The notes: generated by a model not told the origin, from the sequence alone. DNA of 64,000 bases from Octopus bimaculoides (GCF_001194135.2 NC_068982.1:40547203-40611202); one strand, 5' to 3'; counted from the first letter of the stretch, positions 26,599 through 39,909 are shown. Translations and numbers: made by a program.

Positions 26599-26964
26599 NN
26601 NNNNNNNNNNNNNNNNNNNNNNNNNNNNNNNNNNNNNNNNNNNNNNNNNNNNNNNNNNNNNNNNNNNNNNNNNNNNNNNNNNNNNNNNNNNNNNNNNNNN
26701 NNNNNNNNNNNNNNNNNNNNNNNNNNNNNNNNNNNNNNNNNNNNNNNNNNNNNNNNNNNNNNNNNNNNNNNNNNNNNNNNNNNNNNNNNNNNNNNNNNNN
26801 NNNNNNNNNNNNNNNNNNNNNNNNNNNNNNNNNNNNNNNNNNNNNNNNNNNNNNNNNNNNNNNNNNNNNNNNNNNNNNNNNNNNNNNNNNNNNNNNNNNN
26901 NNNNNNNNNNNNNNNNNNNNNNNNNNNNNNNNNNNNNNNNNNNNNNNNNNNNNTATATATATAT

Positions 26965-27380
26965 AGGCGTGGCTCTGAAGTAAAAAGTTTGCTTTCCAAC
27001 AACACGATTCCAGGTTCAGTCCCACTGTGTGTACTTTGGGCAAGTTTCTGTTAGTATAGCTGACCAAAGCTTTGTAAATGGTTTTGGTAGACTTAAACTG
27101 AAAGAAGCCTGTTACATATATATGCATGTATATATGTATGTGTGTGTGTGCGCGTGCGCGTATGTGTAGGTGTGTATTTATGTGCGCGTGTGTGTGTCTT
27201 GTGTATATGTCTGCGCGTATCTCTGTGTTTGTCTCCCACCACCGGTTGGCATCCAATGCTGGTTTGTTTACGTCCCAATAATTTAACAGTTCTGCGAAAA
27301 GTGACCGATTGTACCAGACTGAAAAAATAGGTAAGTACAGCCGCAGTCTAATGACTGAAACAAGTAAAAAAGATAAAGAG
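26965..27380 (+). mobile_element. SINE family B, full length with an internal (TG)n tract
   Basis: Head AGGCGTGGCT..AGGTTCAGTCCCACTG, internal microsatellite and tail GACTGAAACAAGTAAAA. Confidence 0.75.
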
Positions 27381-27481
27381 ATATATATCGAATATTCTTC
27401 ACGAGCTCTCAGAACTAATTATCAAAAATCCGCATTTAATTAGAAATGCCAACTTTTGTTGTTTCACATACATAATGACTT

Positions 27482-27516
<35 letters not shown>

Positions 27517-27936
27517 TTTTGCTACGTTCCACTTCAACATTTCAATTCATAGAGCGGGGTTTAGTTTGAAGTGTTATCATTATGTAGTCTAAACTGTAAA
27601 GTCTTCTCCTCGCCGCTGTTGTTTGTTTGTATAGAGATATTTATCCTCCTGCAACGAAATAGCAAAAGCAAGCAATACGAAGTATAAAGACTGCGCTAGA
27701 AAACAAATCTGGATATTACAAACAGAATAAAAAATATTTTGCTTCCGAAATATAAAATATATAAAAAAAAAAAAAAACGGGTAAACATACAAATTTACGG
27801 TTTGGCATTAGAAATATTCGCACGATCGATTAAGTAGAAATCAGACGACTAAGACATTTTTGTCATTACGCTAAGTATATTTTGATGACAGCTGCTCAAA
27901 AATAAGGAAGACCCACATTGATCGTTTCCTGAACCG

Positions 27937-28009
<73 letters not shown>

Positions 28010-28260
28010 TGCAATGCAGAACATCATTGAGTTTATCTTGTAAAGAGAAAAACGATTAAAGAAGAAAGAAGTGCGTCACAAGACAAAGATTATTGCAACT
28101 AATGAATGACAACGTGATAGGTGCTTAAATGTAGAAAATACATACACCCACTTACAGACGAGTATGTAATATGNNNNNNNNNNNNNNNNNNNNNNNNNNN
28201 NNNNNNNNNNNNNNNNNNNNNNNNNNNNNNNNNNNNNNNNNNNNNNNNNNNNNNGGCGAT

Positions 28261-28420
28261 TTTTTCTTCCTCCGTTTTCCCCTTATTTGAACTTTCCTTG
28301 TTTCCGACGAAGAGCTCCGCTCGAAACGTCATATTCTCTCTCTTTCCTTTCCCGAGCGTCTAGTAACACAATCTGTATCACGTCCTCACGTTGTTGTTTT
28401 TTTGTTGTTGTTTTTTTGTC
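28261..28420 (+). mobile_element. Penelope-like terminal-repeat remnant with a hammerhead-like motif at 28299-28336
   Basis: CCGACGA-A-GAGC tcc GCTC-GAAAC-GTC. The downstream TTCCCGAGCGTC..TAA.AC is shared with 59030-59190. Confidence 0.55.
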
Positions 28421-28659
28421 TTTTTCCTTTTTTGAACCTATATATATATATAATTATAACGACAGAGAATATGGAGACTGGTACATCCTCAAAATATATT
28501 TCCTTTTATTGTACAGTGTCATACACCATATTTTAATGGTTGTTACGACCTACATGTATTACCACTGCACAGTGTATGGGCAGTTTCACATGCAACCGGG
28601 CATAATTTTTTGTGCAGCTTCATTCAGGGTCTGTCCACCAGCTAGTCTCGGAGCGAACT

Positions 28660-28713
28660 GGTCGTAAATAACCATAGATACGATGGGTCGAAACAGCTGT
28701 AGTGATTAATAAA
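28660..28713 (+). ncRNA. 3' half of a hammerhead-like motif followed by AATAAA
   Basis: CCAT agatacg ATGGGTC-GAAAC AGCT GTA-GTGATT-AATAAA. Stem III is palindromic (ACAGCTGT). The CUGANGA core is not recognisable. Confidence 0.35.
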
Positions 28714-29581
28714 GAATCTCCTGAATTCCATTTTATTTCTCTCGTATATTATAAACTCTACGGACACAAAGGAATTCCTGAAATAAATCCAGTGGCCGTT
28801 ACATCTTTACTGTTCTTGACATTAGGTAGCCGAATACAGTGAAAGGGCATTAAACGGCATACTATAAGGTCTATACACAAATTTAAAATTATTACTTATA
28901 CATACATACATACATACATACATACATACATACATGAATGTATTGTTATGTATACCTATAATATAATGAAGGGAAAGAACTTACAATATTTTCCGAACGT
29001 GGCGAGATAAACGTTTGTCAACGACCTTTTGGCAGAAGTGAAATAACGTTGGTATGGATAACAAATATATATACAAGAAGTTAGCATGGTACGAGATAGA
29101 TAATCTCGTTTACTTCCTGTTAACGAGCAAGGCAGGTAATCTCGTACTTCCTTGTTGCGGCAAAACGAGAGACAGAGCTGCATACAGGTCGGACCGTTCA
29201 CCACCTACATTTAAACAATTGAGGACTGGACATAATCTCAATCTTCAAACATTAATTTCCCTGTTTGAACAACCTTTTTTTACATTAGAATTTGTCTGAT
29301 CGTAACAGTATGTATGTAATGTATGTATGTATGTAGGAAAATATGATAAACACAGGGTGCAGTTTATATTATTTGTTCCCTACATACGTTTTGCCAATGT
29401 GGTTATTTTCATTNNNNNNNNNNNNNNNNNNNNNNNNNNNNNNNNNNNNNNNNNNNNNNNNNNNNNNNNNNNNNNNNNNNNNNNNNNNNNNNNNNNNNNN
29501 NNNNNNNNNNNNNNNNNNNNNNNNNNNNNNNNNNNNNNNNNNNNNNNNNNNNNNNNNNNNNNNNNNNNNNNNNNNNNNNNN

Positions 29582-29647
<66 letters not shown>

Positions 29648-30204
29648 ATGCGTGCGTGTTTAACAAAAATATACAAGTAAAACTACGTTAGACGTGCACC
29701 TCCTTCCCAATCCATAACATGAGAAATAAACATTTAACCTAGTATTATGAACCGAAACAGTTGAAAGCAAATATATGTTAATGTGCTTTTTACATTTTAC
29801 TATTATAAACACAAACATTTCAGAGAAATTGTGTTGCTATGTACCTATGTTATGTTTAATAGATTTCGTTTCTCTGTTTATGTTTTTTAATTTCTTCGCA
29901 AATTCTCGAGTCCAACCAATTATTTAACATATTGACAGTGTTATGCAACGTTTTTCATGTCAAAATATTTTACGGAAAAATATCAAAAGTTTGAAACATA
30001 AAAGCCGAAGATTAACAACTAATGTAGACTTCCTCGTTTCAGCAGTTTCCAAGATACCAGAACAGACATATTAGCAATAAAGCAAATATAGCCGTGATTA
30101 TTGGCATCTACTGTTTTGAGAGATTGATTTGTTGGCGAAAGGAGAGATTACAGTAAAATCGTTCTTGAAACGAATCCATGAAACTAGAAGGGAAATTCAG
30201 CAGA

Positions 30205-30605
30205 AAATTGTTGTTGTTGTTGTTGTGGTTGTTGGCACTCCGTCGCTTACGACGTCGAGGGTTCCAGTTGATTCGATCAACGGAACAGCTTGCTTGTGAA
30301 ATTAACGTGCAAGTGGCTGAGCACTCCACAGATACGTGTATCCTTTTAATGTAGTTCTCGAGGAGATTCAGTGTGACACAGTTTGACAAGGCTGACCCTT
30401 TGAATTACAGGTACAACAGAAACAGGAAGAAGGGGTAAGAGAAAGTTGTGGTGAGAGACTACAGCAGGGTTCACCACAATCCTCTGCCGGAGCCTCGTGG
30501 AGCTTTAGATGTTTTTCGGTCAACAAACACTCACAACGCCCGGTCTGGAATTGAAACCGCGATCCTATGACCGCGAGTCCGCTGCCCTAACTACTGGGTC
30601 ATTCT
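30205..30605 (-). mobile_element. SINE family C, full length
   Basis: Reverse complement of 62012-62375, including the tRNA-like head (CCCAGTAGTTAGGGCAGCGGACTCGCGGTC) and an (AAC)n tail. Confidence 0.85.
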
Positions 30606-30991
30606 GACTCCACTTCAGCAGAAAATAATACATAGGAAAATAAACGAGAATTTGTGTTAGTAATAACTTACCTAAAATCTCATATTGTGTCTATATTCAA
30701 AACGATAACACATTAAGATNNNNNNNNNNNNNNNNNNNNNNNNNNNNNNNNNNNNNNNNNNNNNNNNNNNNNNNNNNNNNNNNNNNNNNNNNNNNNNNNN
30801 NNNNNNNNNNNNNNNNNNNNNNNNNNNNNNNNNNNNNNNNNNNNNNNNNNNNNNNNNNNNNNNNNNNNNNNNNNNNNNNNNNNNNNNNNNNNNNNNNNNN
30901 NNNNNNNNNNNNNNNNNNNNNNNNNNNNNNNNNNNNNNNNNNNNNNNNNNNNNNNNNNNNNNNNNNNNNNNNNNNNNNNNNNNNNNNNNNN

Positions 30992-31105
30992 NAGAGCAAC
31001 GTGAAATGAAGTGCTTTGCTCAAGAACAAAACTCAACGCCTGGTCTGGGAATAGAAACCATGATCTCGCAATCGTGAGTGCAACATCCAAACCACTAAGC
31101 CATGC
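30992..31105 (-). mobile_element. SINE family D head
   Basis: GAGCAACGTGAAATGAAGTG..GCTCAAGAACA..CCACTAAGCC, matching 35930-36185. Confidence 0.7.
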
Positions 31106-31504
31106 ATATATAAATATATATATATATATATGATTTGAAGAAAAACAACAAAAATTCAATAGGTTATAGCAGTACGTACGTTTCGTACAAGCTCCACTTA
31201 TTCATGTAGTGAGAACACTACATAGAATGTACAATGAAAATGTACTCCTCAGCTGCATAATGGAATTTCATTTTAGAAAGACATTTTGTAGATGTGTGCA
31301 AAAACAAGAGTAGGAGAAGAAAACATACCGTCTTGACTATGCTGCCGTTCAACAGTATAGTGAATCAAACAAGAATTTAAATTCTATATAATCTAATTGG
31401 AGGCGTAATAGTAATTTCAAATTTAGAGGAAGGTAGATTAAGTAGAGATGGACAGCAGGTTAGGGGTAATCTTTTGATTAAATCTATATTATTATATATA
31501 TATG

Positions 31505-31712
31505 TGTGTATATTCTTTTATTATTTTACTTGTTTCAGTTATTTGACAGCGGCAATGCTGGAGCACTGCCTTTAGTCGAGTAAATTGACCCCAGGACTTA
31601 TTCTTTGTAAGTGCCTAGTACTTATTCTATCGTTCTCTTTTGCCGAACCGCTAGGTTACGGGGACGTAAACACACCACTATCGGTTGTCAAGCGATGTTG
31701 GGGGGACAAACA

Positions 31713-31720
<8 letters not shown>
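31505..31720 (-). mobile_element. SINE family B 3' half
   Basis: CTTGTTTCAG..GCTGGAGCAC..GACCCCAGGACTTATTCTTTGTAAG..GCCGAACCGCTAGGTTACGGGGACGTAAACACACC. Confidence 0.85.
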
Positions 31721-31763
<43 letters not shown>

Positions 31764-32070
31764 GAGTGTTTTGCACTTTTCGTTCAAAGGATCGGTTACA
31801 CCTTTTTCCTACGGGACTATAAGCTCAATCAGGATGATCTTTACCACATCTGCATTCAGGCTTATCTGAACAACGTGGGAGAACAGTAGGTTTTCACCGT
31901 AGTCTACCTTTATATGCCAGGATTTTTCCTTTTGCAGAAGATTGTTTCCCTCCTCTCTATGTTTGCTTTTTCACTCCCTCACGAAATTGATTAATAGTGT
32001 TGGTTTTCCTTGCATTCTCTGTCCATTCTCCATAGAGTTAGTAACTATTTAGGAACACCTTGTAATGGCA

Positions 32071-32126
<56 letters not shown>

Positions 32127-33056
32127 CTTGGTTGAGAGCTGTTTGACAACCAGAGAGGATGTGTGCCATGGTGCCCCTTTCTTTCTCTGCAAAGCGTGTA
32201 CAGCTGATTTGCCTTCATGCTCTTGACCCACTTCTGAAGATTTGTTGATATCGGAAGCAAGGGTGACAGACTACTCGTGGCAGGAAGGAAATGCAGAAAA
32301 ATTTCAGTTTTCATTAGATCTGTCAATGGTAGAAGATACTTGATCAATGCACCACGTGATTAGAAAGAAAATTATTTAACTATACGCCTATGCCTACAAC
32401 CTACTTTCCTTTCTTAGGAAAACTGTAAAGATTTAGGAAAAAAATCAGAAACATTTCCTGCCTTTAAGGAAAAAGGGAGAATTAATTGAACATTCTGTTA
32501 AGGATATAAACATCTTCAGAGGGAGGGTATTAAAATGCGATTACTGTTTTAGTACCCGATTAGATGAAAGTGCAAATGGACATTACATATAAGGACTTGT
32601 ACTAGTTATGTGTAGAGCTTTATTATATGTATAAACAAATTGTAGGTTAGGTTAAGTGACGACTATTGTGATTGGTTGACGTTAAGGACCGTTATATTTC
32701 GATTGAATGACATTTAATAGATAACCGTTGTTGTTGTTCTTCATCTATGTGTGTTTATGCTGAGAGACATGGAGGAAATAAGATCTATTTATTTTTTTTT
32801 ATGCCGTTATTTCAATAGATTGTCAAAATTGATATTTATTAACCGAACAAATTTTGTTCCCATTCTCTGAATATATACACATATACAGAAATACACACGT
32901 ACATAAAAACACAATCACACACGCACACACATACACACACATACACACATACATACTTACATATATGTATATATGAAATATGTACGTATAAAATATATAT
33001 ATATTTATATATATCATATATATGCATATTTATATATCTATACACACACACATATT

Positions 33057-33088
<32 letters not shown>

Positions 33089-33859
33089 NNNNNNNNNNNN
33101 NNNNNNNNNNNNNNNNNNNNNNNNNNNNNNNNNNNNNNNNNNNNNNNNNNNNNNNNNNNNNNNNNNNNNNNNNNNNNNNNNNNNNNNNNNNNNNNNNNNN
33201 NNNNNNNNNNNNNNNNNNNNNNNNNNNNNNNNNNNNNNNNNNNNNNNNNNNNNNNNNNNNNNNNNNNNNNNNNNNNNNNNNNNNNNNNNNNNNNNNNNNN
33301 NNNNNNNNNNNNNNNNNNNNNNNNNNNNNNNNNNNNNNNNNNNNNNNNNNNNNNNNNNNNNNNNNNNNNNNNNNNNNNNNNNNNNNNNNNNNNNNNNNNN
33401 NNNNNNNNNNNNNNNNNNNNNNNNNNNNNNNNNNNNNNNNNNNNNNNNNNNNNNNNNNNNNNNNNNNNNNNNNNNNNNNNNNNNNNNNNNNNNNNNNNNN
33501 NNNNNNNNNNNNNNNNNNNNNNNNNNNNNNNNNNNNNNNNNNNNNNNNNNNNNNNNNNNNNNNNNNNNNNNNNNNNNNNNNNNNNNNNNNNNNNNNNNNN
33601 NNNNNNNNNNNNNNNNNNNNNNNNNNNNNNNNNNNNNNNNNNNNNNNNNNNNNNNNNNNNNNNNNNNNNNNNNNNNNNNNNNNNNNNNNNNNNNNNNNNN
33701 NNNNNNNNNNNNNNNNNNNNNNNNNNNNNNNNNNNNNNNNNNNNNNNNNNNNNNNNNNNNNNNNNNNNNNNNNNNNNNNNNNNNNNNNNNNNNNNNNNNN
33801 NNNNNNATATACATATACACATTTACATATATGCATATGTATACATACATACATACATG

Positions 33860-33891
<32 letters not shown>

Positions 33892-34084
33892 TACATACAT
33901 ACATACATACATACATATGTCTGTATGTTTGGGTTCCTTTTTTGTATGTGTGTGTATACGTGTGTGTGTGTCTAAATGATCTGGAAAAGTAGTTACTTAT
34001 AAAAAGTAGATGCGTTTGGATGCCTGGAGTGAGTATACACGTAGTCACATGATCCATGTTTGCAGTGAAACTGAAAAAAAATAC

Positions 34085-34790
34085 TTTACTTTTCTACTCT
34101 TTTACTTGTTTCAGTCATTTGACTGTGGCCATGCTGGAGCACCGCCTTTAGTCGAATAAATTGACCCCAGGACTTATTCTTTGTAAGCCTCGTACTTATT
34201 CTATTTGTCTTTTTATGCCGGTCCGCTAAGTTACGGGGACGTAAACACACCAGCATCGGTTGTNNNNNNNNNNNNNNNNNNNNNNNNNNNNNNNNNNNNN
34301 NNNNNNNNNNNNNNNNNNNNNNNNNNNNNNNNNNNNNNNNNNNNNNNNNNNNNNNNNNNNNNNNNNNNNNNNNNNNNNNNNNNNNNNNNNNNNNNNNNNN
34401 NNNNNNNNNNNNNNNNNNNNNNNNNNNNNNNNNNNNNNNNNNNNNNNNNNNNNNNNNNNNNNNNNNNNNNNNNNNNNNNNNNNNNNNNNNNNNNNNNNNN
34501 NNNNNNNNNNNNNNNNNNNNNNNNNNNNNNNNNNNNNNNNNNNNNNNNNNNNNNNNNNNNNNNNNNNNNNNNNNNNNNNNNNNNNNNNNNNNNNNNNNNN
34601 NNNNNNNNNNNNNNNNNTATATATACGACGGGCTTTTTTCAGTTTCTGTCTACCAAATCCACTCACAAGGCTTTGGTCGGCCCGAGGCTTTAGTAGAAGA
34701 CACTTGCCCAAGGTGCCACACAGTGGGACTGAACCCGGAACCTTGTGGTTGGTAAGCAAGCTACTTAACACACAGCCACTCCTACGCCTG
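34085..34790 (-). mobile_element. SINE family B split by an N gap at its internal microsatellite
   Basis: The 3' half is at 34085-34263 and the 5' half at 34617-34790, both matching 51729-52160. Confidence 0.85.
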
Positions 34791-35541
34791 CATAAATATT
34801 TAGATTGTCTTCCATTAAAAGCCTTTTGCTTTAATTTCTTAACTGTTATTTGCTGCAACCGTTTGCAGTCGATGACGATTCGAAGCGAACTGAAGTATCT
34901 TCCTTGTAGTTTGTCAAGGCGATATCGGGGGATCGCCTTGACGATGATGATATTCAAGATAGATAATATCTGATAATATCCATGATGGGTCAGATATATA
35001 TCTTGTTTTGTTTTGTTCTGTTTGAGTTGCCCAGATGAAATGCATACGAGCGCTACATTTGTGGCTGTCCGCATTCTTGTGCTTATTGTAATGTTATTGT
35101 ACGTAATTCCTTATATTTTTCTCATCTACCACATCTACCTATATCGTATCTTTATTGTGTTGACTGTAACGGTTGTTTCGATTGGCCGGGCGGGGTGCTA
35201 TTTTTGTTACTTCGCTTTTTGCATTTGTTCTGGAAGACTTTTGGTGTGAACACGTGTTTTAAAATTGATGTATTGTTTTATTTTGGTTGGGTCGTATTAT
35301 TAATAAACTCAGACGCACTGGTTATGTTTCATCTCGGTTCTATTACCCACCAATTAAATAATTGATTAAACAGTGAGCATGCGATAAGTGCTGAGTCAAA
35401 AGATGTCCTTGCAGAGCACAGAGTCATTGATAAGGTGACAGACCTGTGATGAAAGGACTTTGACAGACTAATCGATTGATTAACCAATTGGTCAATATAA
35501 TTGTAAGTGACTGGTAATACAACTGAAGTGAAACATAACCA

Positions 35542-35593
<52 letters not shown>

Positions 35594-35929
35594 ACGTTCA
35601 TTGACTATATGGCCTTCCCAAAATACACCTCTCTTCTTGCAAGAAGAGAGGTGACAGATTTAGAAATTATGTTAGTTAATTTTAGTGTATTTGTTCAGAG
35701 TAATTTTTTTATGTGTAGCTGCAGTAGAATAGGAATAATTTTGCAAGCTTATCTGGAGAAATTCGCAAAGACTTCAATATGATGACATATGCACGCTAAG
35801 CTAGGGGTGTGCTTCGTGGAGGCATAGGAAGATCATATAACTATCAATAGTTGTTGTTACTGTTGTTACTGTTGTCGTTGTTCCTGTTCTTGTTTTTATT
35901 GTTGTTACTGCTGTTGTCGTCCTTTAAAG

Positions 35930-36185
35930 TTAGGTAAAGTTACTTTCTCTAGTTATACCGACTCATAAGGGCCGGTTTCTCGGTTTCATGGCGTTTATAT
36001 TCCCCACCTGGACGAGATGCCGGTCCGTCACAGGATTACTCATTTTTGCCAGCCGAGTGGACTGGAGCAACGTGAAATGAAGTGTTTTTCTCAAGAACAC
36101 AACGCGTCGCCCGGTGCAGAAATCGAAACTACAAAATTACGATCATGCGTCCAACATCCTAACCACTAAGCTACGCGTCTCCACG
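35930..36185 (-). mobile_element. SINE family D
   Basis: ..GAGTGGACTGGAGCAACGTGAAATGAAGTG..AATCGAAAC..CCTAACCACTAAGCTACGCGTCTCC, with a tRNA-like head on the minus strand. Confidence 0.75.
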
Positions 36186-36669
36186 CTGTTGTTTACCTTC
36201 GAGTCATCCCTGATCAGGAGTTTTATGACCAAAGGCAATCAAACCATTGTCATTCCGTCATATTTTCAGTATTAGTATACAACGGACCTCATAATGCATT
36301 CTATTTTAGATAATGGTATGTAATTTGAGAAGAATTTTACTACTATGTCTAACATATCGCCCTCACATAGACTTCTGATTGGTTCAATAGGCATTAGCAA
36401 GTATGTACGGCTGTGCGTATGGATAATTGTCCAAATTATATAATTCTAGTTGCCTTGTTATTTCACACATCCCTGGTCTTTGTTTTTTGGGTTTTTTTTC
36501 TTTTATCTGAGGGACAATTCACTAGTAAATACATGTTGATCCTCAAGAAAGTGTTTAGCATTTTCTTTATAGGTGCATAGCCGGATATAGCAACAAAAAA
36601 AGTTTTGATGATATTAATGATAGCTAGGATGGTGAGTGAAGGTCATTCTAACAGTTGTTGTTAAAGCTG

Positions 36670-37035
36670 TTATTACTTCCGCCTTGGCGAAGGCGGAGGT
36701 ATTGTTTTCAGTCGTGTTTGTTTGTTTGTCTGTGGACAAGATATCTCAAGAACCACAGGATGGATTCAGATGAAACTTTCAAGGATATTTGGCCTTGTGA
36801 CTGGCATCAACTGATTAGATTTTGGGATCGATCTGATCCCGGACAAGGATTATTTTTCCATTTTTTTTTTTTTTTTACTTAATCATTGAGAGCGGTCGGG
36901 TTCATTTTTAGTATTCTCGTTTGTGAGAACAGTCGAGTTTATTTCAGATATTCTCATCATCTCTGGCTAATCGTTGAGAGGACGTTGGTGTTGCCTTGGT
37001 GGAGGTTTGCGCTCTCTGAGTGCTCTTGTTTATAA
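36670..37035 (+). mobile_element. Helentron-associated (HINE/DINE-like) non-autonomous element
   Basis: 5' TATTACTTCCGCC with hairpin partner GGCGGAGGT, then a GTTT/GTCT microsatellite. The 3' sub-terminal repeat GGTGGAGGT (36998-37006) is followed by the hairpin GCGCTC-tct-GAGTGC and a T-rich end. Confidence 0.7.
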
Positions 37036-38358
37036 TTTGTATGATTTTTCATTAATTCTTTGTGTATTGTTTGTACACAAGCGTTATTGTTTCTTTGCGT
37101 ATTATAAGTAAACAAGTGCTATTGTTTCTTTGTGCTGTCTGGCTGCCTATTAGATCTCTCTCACTCTCTCTTTCTCTCTCACTCTCTTCCCCTTCCCCTC
37201 CCTCTCTTCCTCTCTCCCCCTCTTCCCTCTCTCACTCCTGCTGTGAATGTTGCATAATTGTTATACGCAGGTCTTTGTAAACAGGGATCTATGTATGTGT
37301 TAAGTGAGGTAAAGCGCAGCGCTCTGGATCTTCTGAATTTAATTCGAAATTAAAATGTGTGCGATACTGAACCTCTTTCCTATAATTTTTATCACTGTTC
37401 GCTTTTTTTATTGGACTACGGCCATGCTAAGATCCGGCATTGTAATGATTCATGATGGCTAACTTAATTTATTTGTCTCAAGTTATATCATGTTGACGAT
37501 TCCAAACGAGGACAAAACAGCACTATACATGGCTACCAACGACAAGAAAATTTTAAAACGTCATAGGTAGAAAAAAATTAAATGTGTCTGCTCTGTATAG
37601 CTCGTCTGCTCTGTATAACGTGTCTGCTCTGCATAACTTCTTTACTCTTGATGTTAATTCCTCAAGTTAAATTAATCTAGAACAGACTGCCTTCCCTATA
37701 ATAGTTACTCACCAGGAGCACATCACGTTACATAGTAAATTTATTTTGTGGAATGTTTGCCTTATATGGACTTGTGGCCCATCTATACTGCGATTTTATT
37801 ATACAAAAGTGCTTTATTATACAGAAGCAAAAGTGGGAACGTACAGTCATAAAAAGAGTAGTGTTTCTTTAGAAAAAGTAAGTTTATCTCATTCTTTTCA
37901 ACCAATGAAATTACTCCCTACAGTTAACTCCTGAAATTTGACTCGGCGAAAGTAAACTTAGCTACCTAGACTGAATATACTCTGTTATCTTCGTAATCTT
38001 CGATTTAAATCTATCAAACATATTTTTAGCCGATAATTTTCCCATTTGACAATAAAATGTATGAAAGAACAGGAGATCTAGAGGCAAAGCAGGGGAAGGA
38101 GAAATAGGGAGAGTTATGTGCAAATATAAACATATAGACCAAAGATATATCCAAACACACAATTGCTCTCACACACATAGACAAAAATATACAATATTCA
38201 ATTAAAACATAACCTCTGTTAATTAGCTTTCACATTGATTTATAGCGAACACACTTCTCAACTGACATACATACACATTTCAAGACAAATCTGTCATCAC
38301 ATTTATAGTCTCTCTCTCCCTCTCTCTCCATCTCTCTATCTATCTATCTATCTATCTA

Positions 38359-38399
<41 letters not shown>

Positions 38400-38402
38400 T
38401 AC

Positions 38403-38864
38403 AAACAGGAGGTTGCAATATTTCACCAAAAAGGAGAAGTATTATTGTCACTCAATGTGACTAGGGTGTTAAGAAATACCAACATTTCTAGAAATAAGAG
38501 CTAAAATGCTCTAATGCTGTAGTTCACACATATGAATGAAAGCATATACACTACCAGGGACATGAATTGTCCTTTTTGGTGAAATATTGCAGCCTGTTGT
38601 TTATATTAATTTTATCTATGCACATTAGCGAATCGTTAAATTATCTATTAAATTGGATGACGAAAATGTATATACTAATAGGGAAGCTAGCCCGAAATGA
38701 ACCGAGATCAAGCGGGTTTAACTGATGAAGTAACGGAAATTGCCGAAACTAACGTGTATATGTTTTGATTCACGTTCGATAACTGCAGCATTAGAACATT
38801 TTAGATCTTATTTCTAGAAATGTAGGTGTTTCTTAACGCCCTTGTCACATTTAGTGACAATTCA
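38403..38864. repeat. Interleaved inverted repeats (A-B-A'-B') containing a hammerhead-like core
   Basis: A 38403-38435 pairs with A' 38570-38602, and B 38445-38551 pairs with B' 38754-38860. CTGATGA..GAAAC lies at 38722-38749. Confidence 0.75.
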
Positions 38865-39624
38865 ATTATATATATNNNNNNNNNNNNNNNNNNNNNNNNN
38901 NNNNNNNNNNNNNNNNNNNNNNNNNNNNNNNNNNNNNNNNNNNNNNNNNNNNNNNNNNNNNNNNNNNNNNNNNNNNNNNNNNNNNNNNNNNNNNNNNNNN
39001 NNNNNNNNNNNNNNNNNNNNNNNNNNNNNNNNNNNNNNNNNNNNNNNNNNNNNNNNNNNNNNNNNNNNNNNNNNNNNNNNNNNNNNNNNNNNNNNNNNNN
39101 NNNNNNNNNNNNNNNNNNNNNNNNNNNNNNNNNNNNNNNNNNNNNNNNNNNNNNNNNNNNNNNNNNNNNNNNNNNNNNNNNNNNNNNNNNNNNNNNNNNN
39201 NNNNNNNNNNNNNNNNNNNNNNNNNNNNNNNNNNNNNNNNNNNNNNNNNNNNNNNNNNNNNNNNNNNNNNNNNNNNNNNNNNNNNNNNNNNNNNNNNNNN
39301 NNNNNNNNNNNNNNNNNNNNNNNNNNNNNNNNNNNNNNNNNNNNNNNNNNNNNNNNNNNNNNNNNNNNNNNNNNNNNNNNNNNNNNNNNNNNNNNNNNNN
39401 NNNNNNNNNNNNNNNNNNNNNNNNNNNNNNNNNNNNNNNNNNNNNNNNNNNNNNNNNNNNNNNNNNNNNNNNNNNNNNNNNNNNNNNNNNNNNNNNNNNN
39501 NNNNNNNNNNNNNNNNNNNNNNNNNNNNNNNNNNNNNNNNNNNNNNNNNNNNNNNNNNNNNNNNNNNNNNNNNNNNNNNNNNNNNNNNNNNNNNNNNNNN
39601 NNNNNNNNNNNNNNNNNNNNNNNN

Positions 39625-39679
<55 letters not shown>

Positions 39680-39680
<1 letters not shown>

Positions 39681-39830
39681 TAAGAAGTTTGCTTCCCAAG
39701 AACAGGGTTCCGGGTTCAGTCCTACTAGGCAGCAACTTGGACACGTCTCCTCAACTATAGTCTCAGACAGACCAAGACTTTGTGGGTGATTTGGTAGACA
39801 GAAACTGAAACAAGTCTGTCGTATCTATTT
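39680..39830 (+). mobile_element. SINE family B 5' half
   Basis: GGTAAGAAGTTTGCTTCCC..CCGGGTTCAGTCC..GACAGAAACTGAAA. Confidence 0.7.
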
Positions 39831-39841
39831 ATCTATCTATC

Positions 39842-39909
<68 letters not shown>

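Noticed and set aside
34913-34942. Perfect 11 bp hairpin GTCAAGGCGAT/ATCGCCTTGAC
   Set aside because: It is too short for a pre-miRNA and has no associated element ends, so no function could be assigned.
35444-35530. Box C/D snoRNA (GTGATGA..CTGA)
   Set aside because: There is no terminal stem and no recognisable guide sequence.
37493-37540. Hammerhead-like TTGACGA-TTCC..GGAC-AAAAC
   Set aside because: It needs about five substitutions in conserved positions and has no stem I.
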